A DNA stretch of 60,148 nt, counting the filler, from Sphacelaria rigidula (taxonomy: Eukaryota): assembly GCA_964200075.2 (NCBI GenBank). It is 8 parts of 8 records of this genome, joined end to end, with 100 filler letters (N's around TTAATTAATTAA, not from the genome) between each part and the next. Parts side by side here need not be neighbours in the genome. Positions count along the whole stretch, not along the records: positions 30,126 to 37,556 come from CAXNAA020014955.1; positions 37,657 to 45,087 come from CAXNAA020014956.1; positions 45,188 to 52,618 come from CAXNAA020014957.1; 5 more parts are not named here. One strand, 5' to 3'. Both the position numbers and the translations under genes were made by a program. A model generated the notes under the pieces. The model saw only the letters and a list, made by a program, of their open reading frames with translations, ran no database searches and was not told the DNA's origin. This document shows, one piece after another, positions 34,886 to 47,462 of the stretch; the first letter of the stretch is position 1, and each line of letters opens with the position of its first letter.

Positions 34886-37380
34886 TTCAAGTCTTCCCCT
34901 TTCCCCCACCCGTCAGTGCTTGAAACAACGTAGAGTTCTCGACAATCTAATACGGTGACAAGTTCAGGCAATGCAATCCAAGACGGGGACAAATTCTCGG
35001 GTCAGGTGGAATGTGGATGTAGCGCTCCAGTTTGGTCCCCCCCAATGTGGGACGCAAACCCTTCGGGTATGGAGTGTTTCAGATGGGGTGGGCGGATATG
35101 GAAGGAAATTATTATTATTGAAATAGCTGTGGTACGTGTGTAATGTTTGCGGTCAGTCCAGAGCTCGAAGGAAAACCTGTCAGACGGTAGCATGGCGTCG
35201 GGTCGTCGGGTAGGGTGCGATTGTCCAAGAGTGTGCGTGAAGCATACTCTCTCTGAGGCCAAGATTTATACAATTCTGTAACCATTTTAGTAGCCGTCCC
35301 CCTAGGTTCTCGAATCCTGTAAAACTGTAGACATGATCATGGAGAGAATAAAGTAAACAAGGCATGCTGCATAAAATATAATAATGAGATACGATGTACA
35401 AATACACAGAGACAAAGCACAGAAATGACAAGAAACATGACCTCGCACGCATGAGTTGTACATTGATGGTTGTTGGGCAAGTCTCTAGTTCGCATGCCAT
35501 ATCCTAGCTGAGCCATTATGAGACGACCGGATCCTTTAAAAAGATAGTAATGTGGTGGTTGTATACCGGTATTATCGATCAACAGGCTGAGGAACTCGTG
35601 AGACCCTGCAGTAAAGATGCATTTGGCGAAATTTTCCAAAATAAAACCGTGCAGTCGACAAACGTTGCCAGGGAAAGTTGGGTGAGCAACATCTCGGTCA
35701 AGAAGCTTGTGAATTTCTTCTCTGATCGTGCGACGTTTTTATGGTAGGAGGCAGCGTTGTTTTGTGGCAAAAGGTGTGCACGCTGTACAGCGACCATCAA
35801 GACAGTAGGAACTCGTACTTCGCCCCCCCGAGGAGGTTCAGCGACCACATCAGCGAGAAAAGTGTCTAAAAACTATATGTAGGACCTGTAAGAACCGTCA
35901 AAGATGAGATATACAGTCGCCCAGTCAACTTGCATGGTACGCTGGGCATGAACGGCAAAAAGACAAAATAAGGAAACTACGTACGTCTGCGTACTGAACA
36001 AGTCATCACAAGGCAACGCACGGGAAGATGAGGGGCAGCATTATATCGAAAACCAAGTTTGAGGCAACTGAACAAAGTAGTGTCCAGCTACGCTACCGCG
36101 AAGGAACAAGATAGTATCCAACTGCTGTACAGGGTGCGTCAAGGAGTCCACCTGGTGCATACCAAACCATACAATCGATTACCAATGTGGGATAAAATGG
36201 GGATCATGTTTAGTGACACCAAGGTAATCATCTTGCGACCAAAATGCTATGAAAGGTACCCGAGATTAGCTAAACCAAACCAAATTGCGGACACTCCATA
36301 AAAAAGTACCCGGGATCAGCTTAACCAAACCAAATTGCGGACACCCCACGCGGGAACATACCGTCATTGGCAAACCATTTCAGTGTTTCCGTCATTGGCA
36401 AACCGTTCAGTGTTTCCTGCGTGTCCTCCCCAGCGCAATCACGTCCAGCGCCGGTTCCCTCATGGTTAGTGTACGTTGGAAGTCTTGGGGTACATGAACA
36501 TATGGATCGGATTTATACCACTTGACGTAGATCGTAATATCCTGCGCCGGGTGGTAAATTCGGCGTTTCGGTGTTGCGAACCAGATAGTTGAAATGATTA
36601 GCAGCGGAATCCTGCTCAAGCGTGATGAGTACAGACAGCGCAACAGACAAGGCCCTGCGGATAGCCTACATCTGCACGGTCAAAAGAAAAGCACCACGAG
36701 CGCCAAACACAAGACGACGGCTGCGCTATTGATGAGACTATCAAAATAAAATACAAAAATACCAGAAAATGAAATGAAGAATAGTATAGCTCTACAGAGC
36801 GAAATGGCGGCGGCGCAAATGATAAGATAATCTAAATACAATCGGGTGGCTCAAAAGACAGTAAGGGTCGACATGACATTCGGGGATGCAGAAAATGCGC
36901 GTATGTAAGGTGAAGAAAAACAAAAACCAAGACAAAAAAGTGGACGCTTTACCGCACGTGCATTTCACAAACCCCCATGGTCACAATACAGATGCAACCC
37001 CGGAAACAAAACATGTACTGATCATAGTGAGTTGATTGTCTCAATTCAATATGCAACAAAAAGACCGAAATGATATGGAGAATCCCTGGAACACGATCAT
37101 TGCTGGTTAGGTACAGCGGTGATATTACGGGTGAGCGGTGTAGGTCAGGCGAAGGTGATACAATGCAGGCGATAATGACAAAAACTGTGCGTTCAAATCA
37201 AAGCAAGGTACAAAATGATGGGAACATGAGGGCGGAAAATACGCGTGCATATGACAACATGCGATGCAATACTCGTAGCAAGCAAGAAAGGTACAGCCGA
37301 CAGTAGTCGATAGAGGCAAAAATAACAGCACAACAAGCGGGACAACAACAGCAAACCAGGGTAGCGGAAAGCACGATGGA

Positions 37381-37468
37381 AGCAGCAGCAGCAGCAGCAG
37401 CAAAAGCAATGATACCAGCAGCAATACAGCAGCAGCAGCAACAGACAGCAACAACAGACAGCAACAGC

Positions 37469-37556
<88 letters not shown>
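37381..37556. repeat. (GCA)n / (CAA)n microsatellite at the contig end
   Basis: Direct inspection. Confidence 0.95.
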
Positions 37557-37656
37557 NNNNNNNNNNNNNNNNNNNNNNNNNNNNNNNNNNNNNNNNNNNN
37601 TTAATTAATTAANNNNNNNNNNNNNNNNNNNNNNNNNNNNNNNNNNNNNNNNNNNN
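37557..37656. other. Artificial contig spacer
   Basis: 44 N + TTAATTAATTAA + 44 N. Confidence 0.99.
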
Positions 37657-37729
37657 CAGGGAAAGCACGGCTTTTGAGTTGAACCTCATTATTTTTTTCA
37701 ACCCCATTTTCGAAAATCGGCTGTTAAAT

Positions 37730-38520
37730 CTCGCTTCATGATGCTTTACGGCCTCTCGAGCAAAGCCGACACGCTTTCGAAGGTGAAGCGCTATATCGCT
37801 GACGTGAGCGTGATTGGTTCGCCGCGCTGCTTCCGGATGGACAACGGTGGCGAGTTTGCCTCCACGACGTTCGCCACGTTCTACGATGAACCCTGGATCC
37901 GCCGCGAGTACACCGCTTCTAACACGCCCAAGCACAATGCCGTTGTTGAGAATGCAATTTGGCGTGTGATGAAGGCGGGGCACGCAGCACGGCGGGAGGC
38001 GTTTCGTCTTTTTCCGGGTGCCGGCATTGGGGACATCCCTCACCTGGGCAAGGACTTGGAACGCTCGTGGTTGGAGGCAGCAGTCTGGGCTGCGGACGGC
38101 TTCAACCGCTCGGCAACAACAGCCAACCCAAGGCAGACGTCTCCTTATCGCGTCTTCACCGGGAAGGCTCCGCCGGTACAGATCGTCCCCTTTCTGCAGC
38201 CAGCCGAGTAATCAGCAATCGCCGCCGCCGCCGCAGCCAACGTCTTCGAGCCACCAGCAGTCGCCGCCGCAGCAGCCGTTGTCGTCGACGCCTTCGAGTC
38301 CCCAGCAATCGCTGCCGCCGCCGTGGACGCCGATGCGGAATGCACCAAAGCTGGCGGCGGGGGCGGACATTGAAGCAGGTAAGCATGAGGAGCGCCCGCC
38401 GCCCGATCCGCCCGAGCTTCCTCAGTGCCCGCGAAGGACCTGAAGGTGCCGAAGAGCTATGCGCAAGCAATCAACACCGAGTACGGTGGACTTTGGAAAA
38501 ACTCCATGGACCGAGCGCTG
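37730..38520 (+). pseudogene. Ty1/Copia integrase core + linker + RT start (fragment, internally deleted)
   Basis: RMDNGGEF, TASNTPKHNAVVE, WLEAAVWAA..FNR and SPYRVFTG, then PKSYAQAI...WKNSM. No Copia LTR seen. Confidence 0.9.
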
Positions 38521-39259
38521 GGAAGATCCCTGTTATCTTGGGGTCCCAGATCCGGGTGTACAGATATGGAAGTTTCGGGGCTCCTGCGAACTTACCCCTG
38601 TAACAGCCGTTCACTAGGTTATACGTCATAAAAGAAAATATCTCTGCACATGCCCAAATGGCGATCTCCACATCACCCCCCCCTTTGATGCGCCGCGAGG
38701 CCATCTGTGAAGGCTCGTGGCGGGCATTCGGGAGAATGATCATTTTTGGGAGTCTAATTTGTATGTGCTTCTGAGATACTTTTATAGTCGCCTGGAGTTG
38801 AACGCGTCATATCCTCTATACTGGGTGTTGAGAAACAATAACCAGTAAATTTTATCGACGTTCTCCTACAGGCTCGTGTAAAGAAAAAAAAGGAAAATAA
38901 TTTGTTTTCGTCAAAATTTCGTGCAAGTTTGGTTCAGTGATCAGCTAAACGATCTACAAAGATTACCGTATCCGACGGTCTGTACCAATAAGGTCCGCTC
39001 ATGACTTGCAGAGGAGTGGAGCTATGGTGGCCGCGTGATATATTAGGTTACCAGGGAGAGGTTGATATCGGGTACAGCGGTGGTAAAAATGTGCTTTTCT
39101 TTTCTCGGAGCATTTTGCTCGGAGTAGAAAGAGCTTTTTACGACAATCCTTGTCAGCAAGTTCCCCTTATGCTGATAAGGGCTTGATTCAAAGACCAAGT
39201 CTCTCTTCATCGTCGATCTGTTTTCGATCGTGGGATCTGTCCCGATATTATTGTTAGTC

Positions 39260-39685
39260 GTGTAGGTATGACACGATCATTTTTTCCAGCTCGCCTTATA
39301 ATTTCGTCTCTTTTTCTACGGATTTATGACACAGCGAGTCAAGTTAGCGCGTATTAATTTATCTTCAACTGATTTGATACGCGTTCATATCTGAATATTA
39401 TTTTATTCGTGTAGGCCTGACACGAAAAATTGCTGCAGCTCGCCTTATTTTATGTCTTTGCGAATTTTGGGGACGGCGAGTCATGTTAGCGTGTATTATT
39501 AACTTGGTTTGATTTTATACGCGTTTGTTTTTTTCAGACATTTGTTGATCGTGTAAGTATGACACGAGTTTTTTCAGCTCACCTCGCCTTATATTTTTGT
39601 TTCTCTTTTTTCTTTTTCGAATTTCGAGATGGCGAGTCAAATTAGCGCGTATTATCCAACTTGTGTTTTATTCGATACGCGTTGA
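39260..39685. repeat. Three diverged ~145-bp tandem units in the Gypsy 3' non-coding region
   Basis: GTGTARG..TGACACGA...CTCGCCTTAT...GCGAGTCA..TTAGCG.GTATTA...ATACGCGTT at 39260, 39409 and 39551. Confidence 0.85.
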
Positions 39686-39867
39686 TGAGTTGTTGACAGT
39701 GTGGTATCTCGTCCGCTTGGTACTCCAAGTCTGCTGACGGCCCGTAGCCTTGGAGACGGAAACGGTACTTGTATTTTTGATGGCTCTTTCTTCCCGGACC
39801 TCATTTGTGGCCCACCACCTTGTCAACGATGTAACGTTCAATTCTTGGTTTCGTTACTTCCGGACGG

Positions 39868-42800
39868 TCAAGTTGGGGCAGGGGTAGTCTTTTTGCCTAG
39901 GAAATACTCGTCGAGTCGGTCAAACTCGGGAGCTGGGGGTCGTTCTCGTGGATAATATTGCTTAAGGTGAGCGAGGTGTACTGACGTCTCTTTCGCATCT
40001 TCGCTTATCTTCACCTTATAGACAACCGGAGAAATTTGTTTGACGACCGTGTATGGCCCCCGCCATGGTAATAACAACTTTGGATTAGAATCGTCTGTGT
40101 CTTGGTGAGGCCTGAACAGTAGCACTTGTTGGCCAGGTTTAAAGACAGAGTATGGCTTGAGCTTATCATTGCTTGTCTTTTGTTTGTCTGCTCGTTTTTT
40201 CAAGTTGCGTCTTGCAATTTCAAAAGCTATCTGCAAGTTTTCTTTTGTCTCTTTCGCGTATTGTTCAGCATCCACAGCGTGCCCTTTTCAGGAAATACTC
40301 AAAATAATATCGACAGGTAATTTTGGTTGACGTCCGAACATGAGGAAATAGGGTGTTTCTTGCACTGAGGTGTTGAATGATGAATTATACGCCATTTGCA
40401 CGAAGAGTAGCATAGACGCCCAGTTGTCTTATTCGACCGTACTATGCATGGCTAACATAGCGTGCAAATTCGAGTGTGCGCGTTCCGAAACAGAGTTGCC
40501 TTGAGGGCGGAATGGTGTCGGGCATGTTTTGTCAAACTTGAGGATCAACTGCAACTGGTGTATTACCCGGTTTTCGAACTCTTTACCGCGATCGGAATGA
40601 AGTTTTCCGGGGATTGCAAATGTCGTAAAGACACGGTCTACCAACATTCTTGCCACCGTATTGGCGGATTTGTTCGGTATGGGAATAAACAGTGCATGTC
40701 GTGTCAGATGATCCATCACAAACATTACATACTTACACGGCACACCGGCTGATGAATTTGAAATCGTCTTGTATTCGAAAAGATCTATCGATATCCGCTC
40801 AACAGGTCTCTTCACGGGTACGTGGCCTACAGGCAATTTCGGACGGTTATGGGCCGTTTTTCTTCTCTGACATGAGTGGCAACGTTGACACCACTTTCGC
40901 ACAACTTGGCTCAATGTCGGCCAATAATATTTGTTCCTAATATTTTCATACGTCGGTTTGAATCCAAGGTGACCTCCAGACAACACATGATCGTGATATG
41001 AGTGCAAAACGAAATTAACCAGAGATTCTGGTAGCACTTGTCTATCGCGGTCGGTGCCTTTTTTTTCGAAGTTTCCCTGGCAAGTATGACCTGAACAAAA
41101 TACCGTCACGGAGCAAAAAAAAAGGACATAGAGGTAAGTGTCTCCTATTCCGGTAACGGTACGTCGTCGTCTGTCAGATATTGAATACAAGAGCCATATT
41201 ATTTTGCCTGTTCGGTTCGCAACTTGTCTTTGTTTACAGACGTGAAAATATGTGTAGCGCTTGTGTGGGTAGCATTGACGGCAAACAGCTCTCTGTCGCT
41301 CTATACTGGTTTGAGATTATCCAATTTATCCGCTGAAATTTGAAGCGGTTGGTGTGGTTCCTTCGCGTGCAATTTGGGGTCCTCTGGGACGTTACGACAA
41401 ATAGGCGCGAGCAGGGATTTGACCTCATTATTCCGGTCTTTTTCAAACCGAAAGAGCCTTGACCGAGTGTCCGGAACGATATGTAATTTTCCCGGTTTGT
41501 GCCTCACAGTGAAGTCAAATGATTGTAAAGCTATCGCTCATCTTGTCAACATATTGCTCGTGTCTTGCATGGAATAGAGGTACCGTCGTGCTGCATGATC
41601 TGTCACACACGTGAAATGTCTTCCCTAAGACAAGGGTCTCCAGTGTTGTATAATTAATACAACTGCATAACATTCTCTGAGTGTGGCAAAGTAGTGCTGC
41701 TGAGCATGATTGAAATGCTGACTGAAATACGCTACGACTGCAGTTTTGCCCTCCTTATCCTAGGTCAGCTTGAATGGTGAACTCCTTCGAAAAGTCTGGG
41801 AAGTGAAGGACAGGAGCGGTGGTGAGAAGCCTTTTTACTTTGGCAAAAGCTGCATCGTGTTCGTGATTCCAGCTTTTTTCTACTTCCTTGGCTGCCCCTT
41901 TTTTCGTTAGATCTACCAACGGGGCGATTACCTGTGCGAGATTCGGAATAAATTTTCTCACCAAATTAATCGCCCCTAACACTGAACGTAATTGTTTGAT
42001 GTTTGTTGGTGTGGGTAAATCTAAGATGGCCTTTACGCGGTCTTCCCCAATTTTGATCCCGTCAGCGGACGAAGTGTAGCCGAGGTACTTGACCTCCTTA
42101 GGACCAAACTGTGCTTTAGAGGGCTTTAGGGTAAGACCTACTTTTTCCAGTGCTTTGACCGTGTCTTCCAATAGAGTGAGGTGACTTCCCCATGTGGAGG
42201 ATCAGGCGATCAAATCATCCATGTACACCAACAGATCGCCCCTGGGTCCAAAGTATGAGAAAGTAAGAGCCATTATTCGCGAGAAAATGAGCGGGGAAGA
42301 TGCCAGGTCGAACGGCAGCCTGTTGAAAACCCACTTACCTTTTTCTGTGACAAAGGCCGTTTTTTCTTTCTCCTCCTCCACTACTGGAATCTGATGAATC
42401 GCGCTCTGTACATCAAAGACAGAGGTAAATTTGGCGCCTGCCACAGTATCTACATGACTTGCCAAATTAGGCATTGGCCATGATTTTCGCACGAGACTTT
42501 TATTGAGCGTGGATCTGTAGTAGACACAAAATCGGGCTGTACCGTCATGTATGCTTAGCTATCACTGTCACTGCAGAGCCCCATGGGATTGGCCCTGTAC
42601 GAGTTTCGTGCCGAGAAGTAGGCGGAAAGTTGCCTCTCCGATTGTTCAAAACCCTAGCTCCCGCTGTGACAGTGAAAACTCTGACCTGTATTTGATGCAT
42701 AAATCGAGCACTTGGCTCTTCTGATTTTCAGAAAATGTGGTATCTTTGAATGCAGTTTGGAGGGCTGTTGTCAGTTCTTCTCGTTCGTCAGTATTTTGGT

Positions 42801-43725
42801 GTTCAACTTGTGAAATTGCACTGACGTTTTCCGTCGGCTTATTTGTTTCAACTTGTGAAATTTCACCGGCGTTTTCCGTCAGGTCATTTTTTCGACTTGT
42901 GTGATGTGTCCCAAAAGTAATTTTCTTGGGAGTGGGACGTGTCAATTCGATGGGTTTGCTACTTGTACCATAGCTGTTTTGTTGACCGCTGACCAGGTGC
43001 AGGTTGTGCGTGCTACCACGAGGCGGTTAGAAGCATCCGGTACTTTCTTGGATTGGAGGTCTCCATCCGTTACAATTCGTGGCTCAATGACCGGTTCAGT
43101 TGTAAATTTTGGTGGCTCATTTGTTTCGACAAGAAGAGCCATCTCACTTCGAGGCGGGATGGAGCACCTTTTTCAGCCGATGCTACTCGTATGACAGAAC
43201 AATAATCATGTTCCGAAAACGTCGGATGAACTTTTCTGTCTTTTCTTCTGTGAGTAGCCGTGAGGCGAACTGTTGAACTACGAAACGTCAAAGTTTTGCT
43301 TGCCAATCGAGAATCCCGCCAAATGCGCTCATCACTGAGATCTCTAGCAGCATGAGATCTGGCCCGAGATTCCTGAGGACAAATGCTTCGACGGGCAAGG
43401 TTATGTCACCCAGCGTGAGGTCAACGCGAATAAATCCCTTTATCGTGACTGGTGAACCGTTAGCACTTCGTAGATCAAAAGAACGCGATGGGACTGATAG
43501 AATGTGCTCCTCGCTCAATGTGGGATGTGAACGGATGAACTTCAAACTGCCAATGATCGGGACGTCTGAAGCAGTATTGATGGTTATGGCCGGGACCTCC
43601 GTTCCGTTGACTTTGGCGGGAACCTGCACCTTACCTGAGGCAGGTTGCAACGTTGCCGGCTTCCTAGGATAGCGGGCCGACGAAGACATGAAAAAGGACT
43701 CGAATTTTGTCAAGCTTGGGGGCAA
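39868..43725 (-). pseudogene. Gypsy pol (protease-RT-RNase H-integrase), disrupted
   Basis: Protease region (INTAS, degenerate DTG) at 43288-43725. RT motifs KTAF, RLPF and VYMDD, plus LRSVLG...RKFI. H2C2 (HDH...GH...CHSC), rve core (LHSDRGKEF, PQGNSVSER) and the GPY motif WRGPY. Confidence 0.93.
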
Positions 43726-45087
43726 AAATTTGGATCTGTGCTTTTTTTATTAGTTTTTTAGAAACGTCCTGCTTACAAAAGCAGCTTGGGGGCGATGTCC
43801 AGGTGATGATGCCTCCCACATAACATCTTATCTTGACCTGTTTTATTCACCACTTACTCTTGTGTTCTAGCCTTTGCAACCGCAACCCCTTCTACATGTA
43901 CTCTCTTACATGATCTCGCAGAAGAAGCTACGCCTTGGCTAGCAAACTGCACACGTTTCTTGCCCTTTCTATTTCCCACCGGAGGGTCGGCACCCATTTC
44001 GTGGTGCACAATTTTTTCGCTCGACTTTTGCGTAACGCGTGCTACCTTAGAACCTCCATCTTTGATAGATTCTACGGTAGTTGCTCTTCTCGGTTAACAT
44101 ACTCGACAGAAATTTCAGTGTGGCATGATCCGTCACCCAGGTATAGAATGTCGACCCCCATAAAACGGGGCGCCTTGATGTATCTTTTTTTTTTTTAACG
44201 CACATGACATTCCCTGGGTCTCACAGAGTTCTGCCGCTGAGCGTGGTTCAAACGTTGGCTAATATATGTCATGAGCACACACCTCGTCGCCTTCTATTAG
44301 ATCGAAATCGAGCCGGCCTCTCCCGTTGACGCCTCTGGTTGGATGGCTTTGAAAATTCTGGAAAATTGAGGACTAGTGTGCTCGTCAGAAACCGTTATGT
44401 TCTGCAGGCCTGCGTCATGTTCAGGCTTCCAACGTTTAGTGCTGCCCAGTCACTTCTACGAGGTTCGGTATAAGTTTCCTTACGAACGGAATCGTACCGA
44501 TCACTGAAAGTAAGTGCTTGCGATGTTGGTCGGTTTAGTCATCTCCTACTTCGATACCATTCGCTGACAGCACGTGTCTCAGGTACTGTTTTGGTCCAAG
44601 CTTAACAGTCGATGGTTCAGGGATCACGACCCACGCTGTTTTTAGAGCTTGAGCATGCGTTCGAGTCAGTAGGGTAAATCCCCTACCGTATCACGAGGTC
44701 AAACAGATGAATCCACTATTCGTTCATCGGTAAATTATCCACAATTTCCGGTGGTGAACCGTAATTTCTTAATTCAAAGATCCAGATCAAAATATCCGCG
44801 TGGATGTGACGGGATGATCTTTTGAAGTGAATATGAGTAGTAGGTCCGATTTGAAATCAACGACCCTTGCCTACAGCCTTGCTCTTCACTCTGGCGGCAG
44901 GTTGAAGAGGCGTCAACCCATAATGTAACGCCACCCGTCCGTTGGGGTTCCGAGTAACTTGCAACATAAAATCAGTCCGCGAGTTGAGCTATTAACAGCC
45001 GATTTTCGAAAATGGGGTTGAAAAAATAAATGAGATTCAACTCAAAAGCCGTGCTTTCCCTGAACTAAATTCAAGACAAATGACTTT

Positions 45088-45187
45088 NNNNNNNNNNNNN
45101 NNNNNNNNNNNNNNNNNNNNNNNNNNNNNNNTTAATTAATTAANNNNNNNNNNNNNNNNNNNNNNNNNNNNNNNNNNNNNNNNNNNN
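45088..45187. other. Artificial contig spacer
   Basis: 44 N + TTAATTAATTAA + 44 N. Confidence 0.99.
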
Positions 45188-46440
45188 CATACCAAATTTC
45201 AGGGCCCAACTCTAAATGTATAAAAGAGCATGGGCCTGCAAACTTCAAATCCGCCTCTAGGCTGGCCCAGCTCGTACCAGATCCCGCCCAAGACTCAAAA
45301 CTGTGTGTGTCACACCAACACGCTAGCGCACGCAGCGGCGGAATCGGTAGCGCTTGAATGGGCGACGGGCAACGAGTGCCAACGCGAGTTGCCCTGGGTT
45401 CGGAGTACGTGGCAGGAGCCAGTGGCCAGGGAATGAAGGACGCTTCCCACATCCCTTCTTTGAAGATGTTTCACTGCCAATGAAAAGTGTACCGGCACTT
45501 CAGAGACCCGCTCTTGGTGCACTGGTACTGGTCCTCGGCCACTGCCAGGTGTGCCTACCGTGCATCATGTCACAAATTCACAAAGTTGATCCATTAGATC
45601 ACTTCCCGTCGCCAACATATTTCTACTTCGATTGACTTACCAAACATGGTGTTCGTACTGCATGCGCACGTGCACCGCAAAACCTCGCGGATACTACTAA
45701 TAGGATCCCAAACTAAAACGTGGGTGGGGATAGAAAAGATTAACATCGCACGGTCGGAAATATCATGTATGTGCTTTGTATAGCAAGCATAACTAACCCG
45801 TGGACACTAGTTGCAAAGATTATCCATGGCTCCGTTAATTGTGGTGCTGCCCATGTAGTCCTGCGCTGCTACACGATTCCGGGTTAACTGCAACAATCTT
45901 GACAGGGTATACAAAATCGATTCTTTCGTGATGCTGGTGCCGGAACTTGGATTGACTCAAAGCAGCATGTTCCAAGGTATTTGCACGAACATCGGGGATC
46001 GACACGGCTCAGTACGAAGCCGACTGCATATCGACCAGTCCTTGCTCGGGGTAAGCATGGTGGCTACATGAACTACAATGTTGATCGCAGTGTATTCACA
46101 GTCTGTAATAGGTACACCCCATCCCACCGAGTAATTACGTACTTACTCAGCCACTATTCTATGGGTTAGAGAACTGTCAGAACCTAGGATGGCCTCGCCC
46201 TACAACGTGTAGTCGCAATACTTCCTTACTTACAGTCGTGTCTACACAGAGCAGTGATTTTCTCCGTGAGGGCACAACCAACCGTGAACCACGCACGACA
46301 CTTACAACAGCGGAGATAATAGCTGGCTGTGCTGCATGTGCCACGTAGCTGTTTTGCCGTGTTCTCTTATACTTGATCCAATGCATACGGTACACAGAAG
46401 CCAGTATTCTGGGTGAAAACTCAGTGCTTCACTGCAAATT

Positions 46441-47000
46441 GTGGAGGCTTTGAAACGCTGCCTGACCACAGTCCAAGTCGTGGATGAAACTCAACTTCAG
46501 GTGAAGTGGCGCTTTCTACGAACGCCGGACGATGACCTCGGCTATTATACCGCTTGGCAGAACGCCCGATCACTCGAGAGACAGGTTGAACGCCGTGAGC
46601 AGGAGTACCAAGAGATGTTACTGGCAGATTTCGCGAAGGAGTTTCACGTTGCCGATGTTTTGGCGCCAGGTGGCGTTGGCGTTAACAGACACGAAGGAGG
46701 ATTATTACGAGATATCGAGGAGGGGCTTCAGGAAAATGCCGTGGAGGGCCAAAATGAACGCACTGGACGTATGCAATCTTCTTCAGTGTCTTCTCTGCTG
46801 CAGGTATTGAACACAACTGCCACGCTACCGGACATAGTAGGAGCGGTTGACTGGCTAAAGGATGGGTTGCTTGTGTTCTGTTTGAAAAACACCGCGCAAA
46901 AGATCCATCACGCCATCCCTCGTGCAACGTGTGCGGTACAGCAACCGCTGTGGCGGGGCTTGCGAATGGTCTGCATGATGACGGGGGATTTTCTATTTCG
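46441..47000 (+). CDS. HP1-like protein: chromodomain-like + acidic hinge + chromoshadow-like (start uncertain, possibly a pseudogene)
   Basis: VEAL...QLQVKWRF...TAWQNARSL...LLADF resembles a chromodomain. PDIVGAVD..DGLLVFCLK......HAIPRATCAVQQP resembles the chromoshadow pattern IIGATD..GELMFLMK......DLVP.......CP. By-eye alignment only. The ORF continues through a (TG)n tract to 47220. Confidence 0.5.
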
Positions 47001-47003
47001 CAC

Positions 47004-47005
47004 GT

Positions 47006-47066
<61 letters not shown>
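47004..47066. repeat. (TG)n microsatellite
   Basis: Direct inspection. Confidence 0.95.
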
Positions 47067-47067
<1 letters not shown>

Positions 47068-47462
47068 AAACCTGCATGGTGGTCAACGGCTGTGTATTTC
47101 CAGCAGCTCGTTTCGTGCGACCGACTGGTAGCCGAGAAGGAAATTTATCGTGTAACACCAACTGGATGTTCTCACTTTCGTACTCGTCCGGCCTCGCCAG
47201 GAGGGCATTTTTCGTCGTGAGTCAGCACAAAGTGCTTCGGAGCACGAGTCGCAGCAGCCTGCCATAGCAGCGAGGGAAAAAAAGCAGACGCCGTCCCTTG
47301 TCGCTGCCTTGCGTAAGGGCGGGGTCAGGTTTCCCTTGCCGGTGAGAGTCGTTTCCTTGTTGCACTCGTGCTAGAATCCATAAAGCATTGCACACTTGAA
47401 AGTACAAGTGCGGGTTGGGAGTTAGCCGTGGCTGTTACCTTTCGGTGTTGCTACGTGGTGCG

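Larger units (their letters stand above)
38521..44990 (-). mobile_element. Near-complete degenerate Ty3/Gypsy retrotransposon with both LTRs truncated
   Basis: Probable 5' LTR end ...GTTACA at 44924. Domain order gag, protease, RT, RNase H, integrase. PPT (AAAGGGGGGGGTGA) at ~38673-38686, followed by the TG of the 3' LTR at 38672. Confidence 0.85.
37657..45062. mobile_element. 7.4-kb unit bounded by ~70-bp TIRs (CAGGG ends, hAT-like), no transposase, retroelement cargo
   Basis: CAGGGAAAGCACGGCTTTTGAGTTGAA...TTCGAAAATCGGCTGTTAA at 37657-37727 and its near-perfect reverse complement at 44992-45062. The left flank is missing, so the TSD cannot be tested. Confidence 0.8.

Noticed and set aside
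37125-37612. Poly-L/poly-N/poly-Q ORFs
   Set aside because: Translations of (CAA)n and (GCA)n microsatellites.
39260-39685. CRISPR-like repeat/spacer array
   Set aside because: The units are diverged ~145-bp tandem repeats with homologous spacers, inside a eukaryotic Gypsy element. No cas genes.
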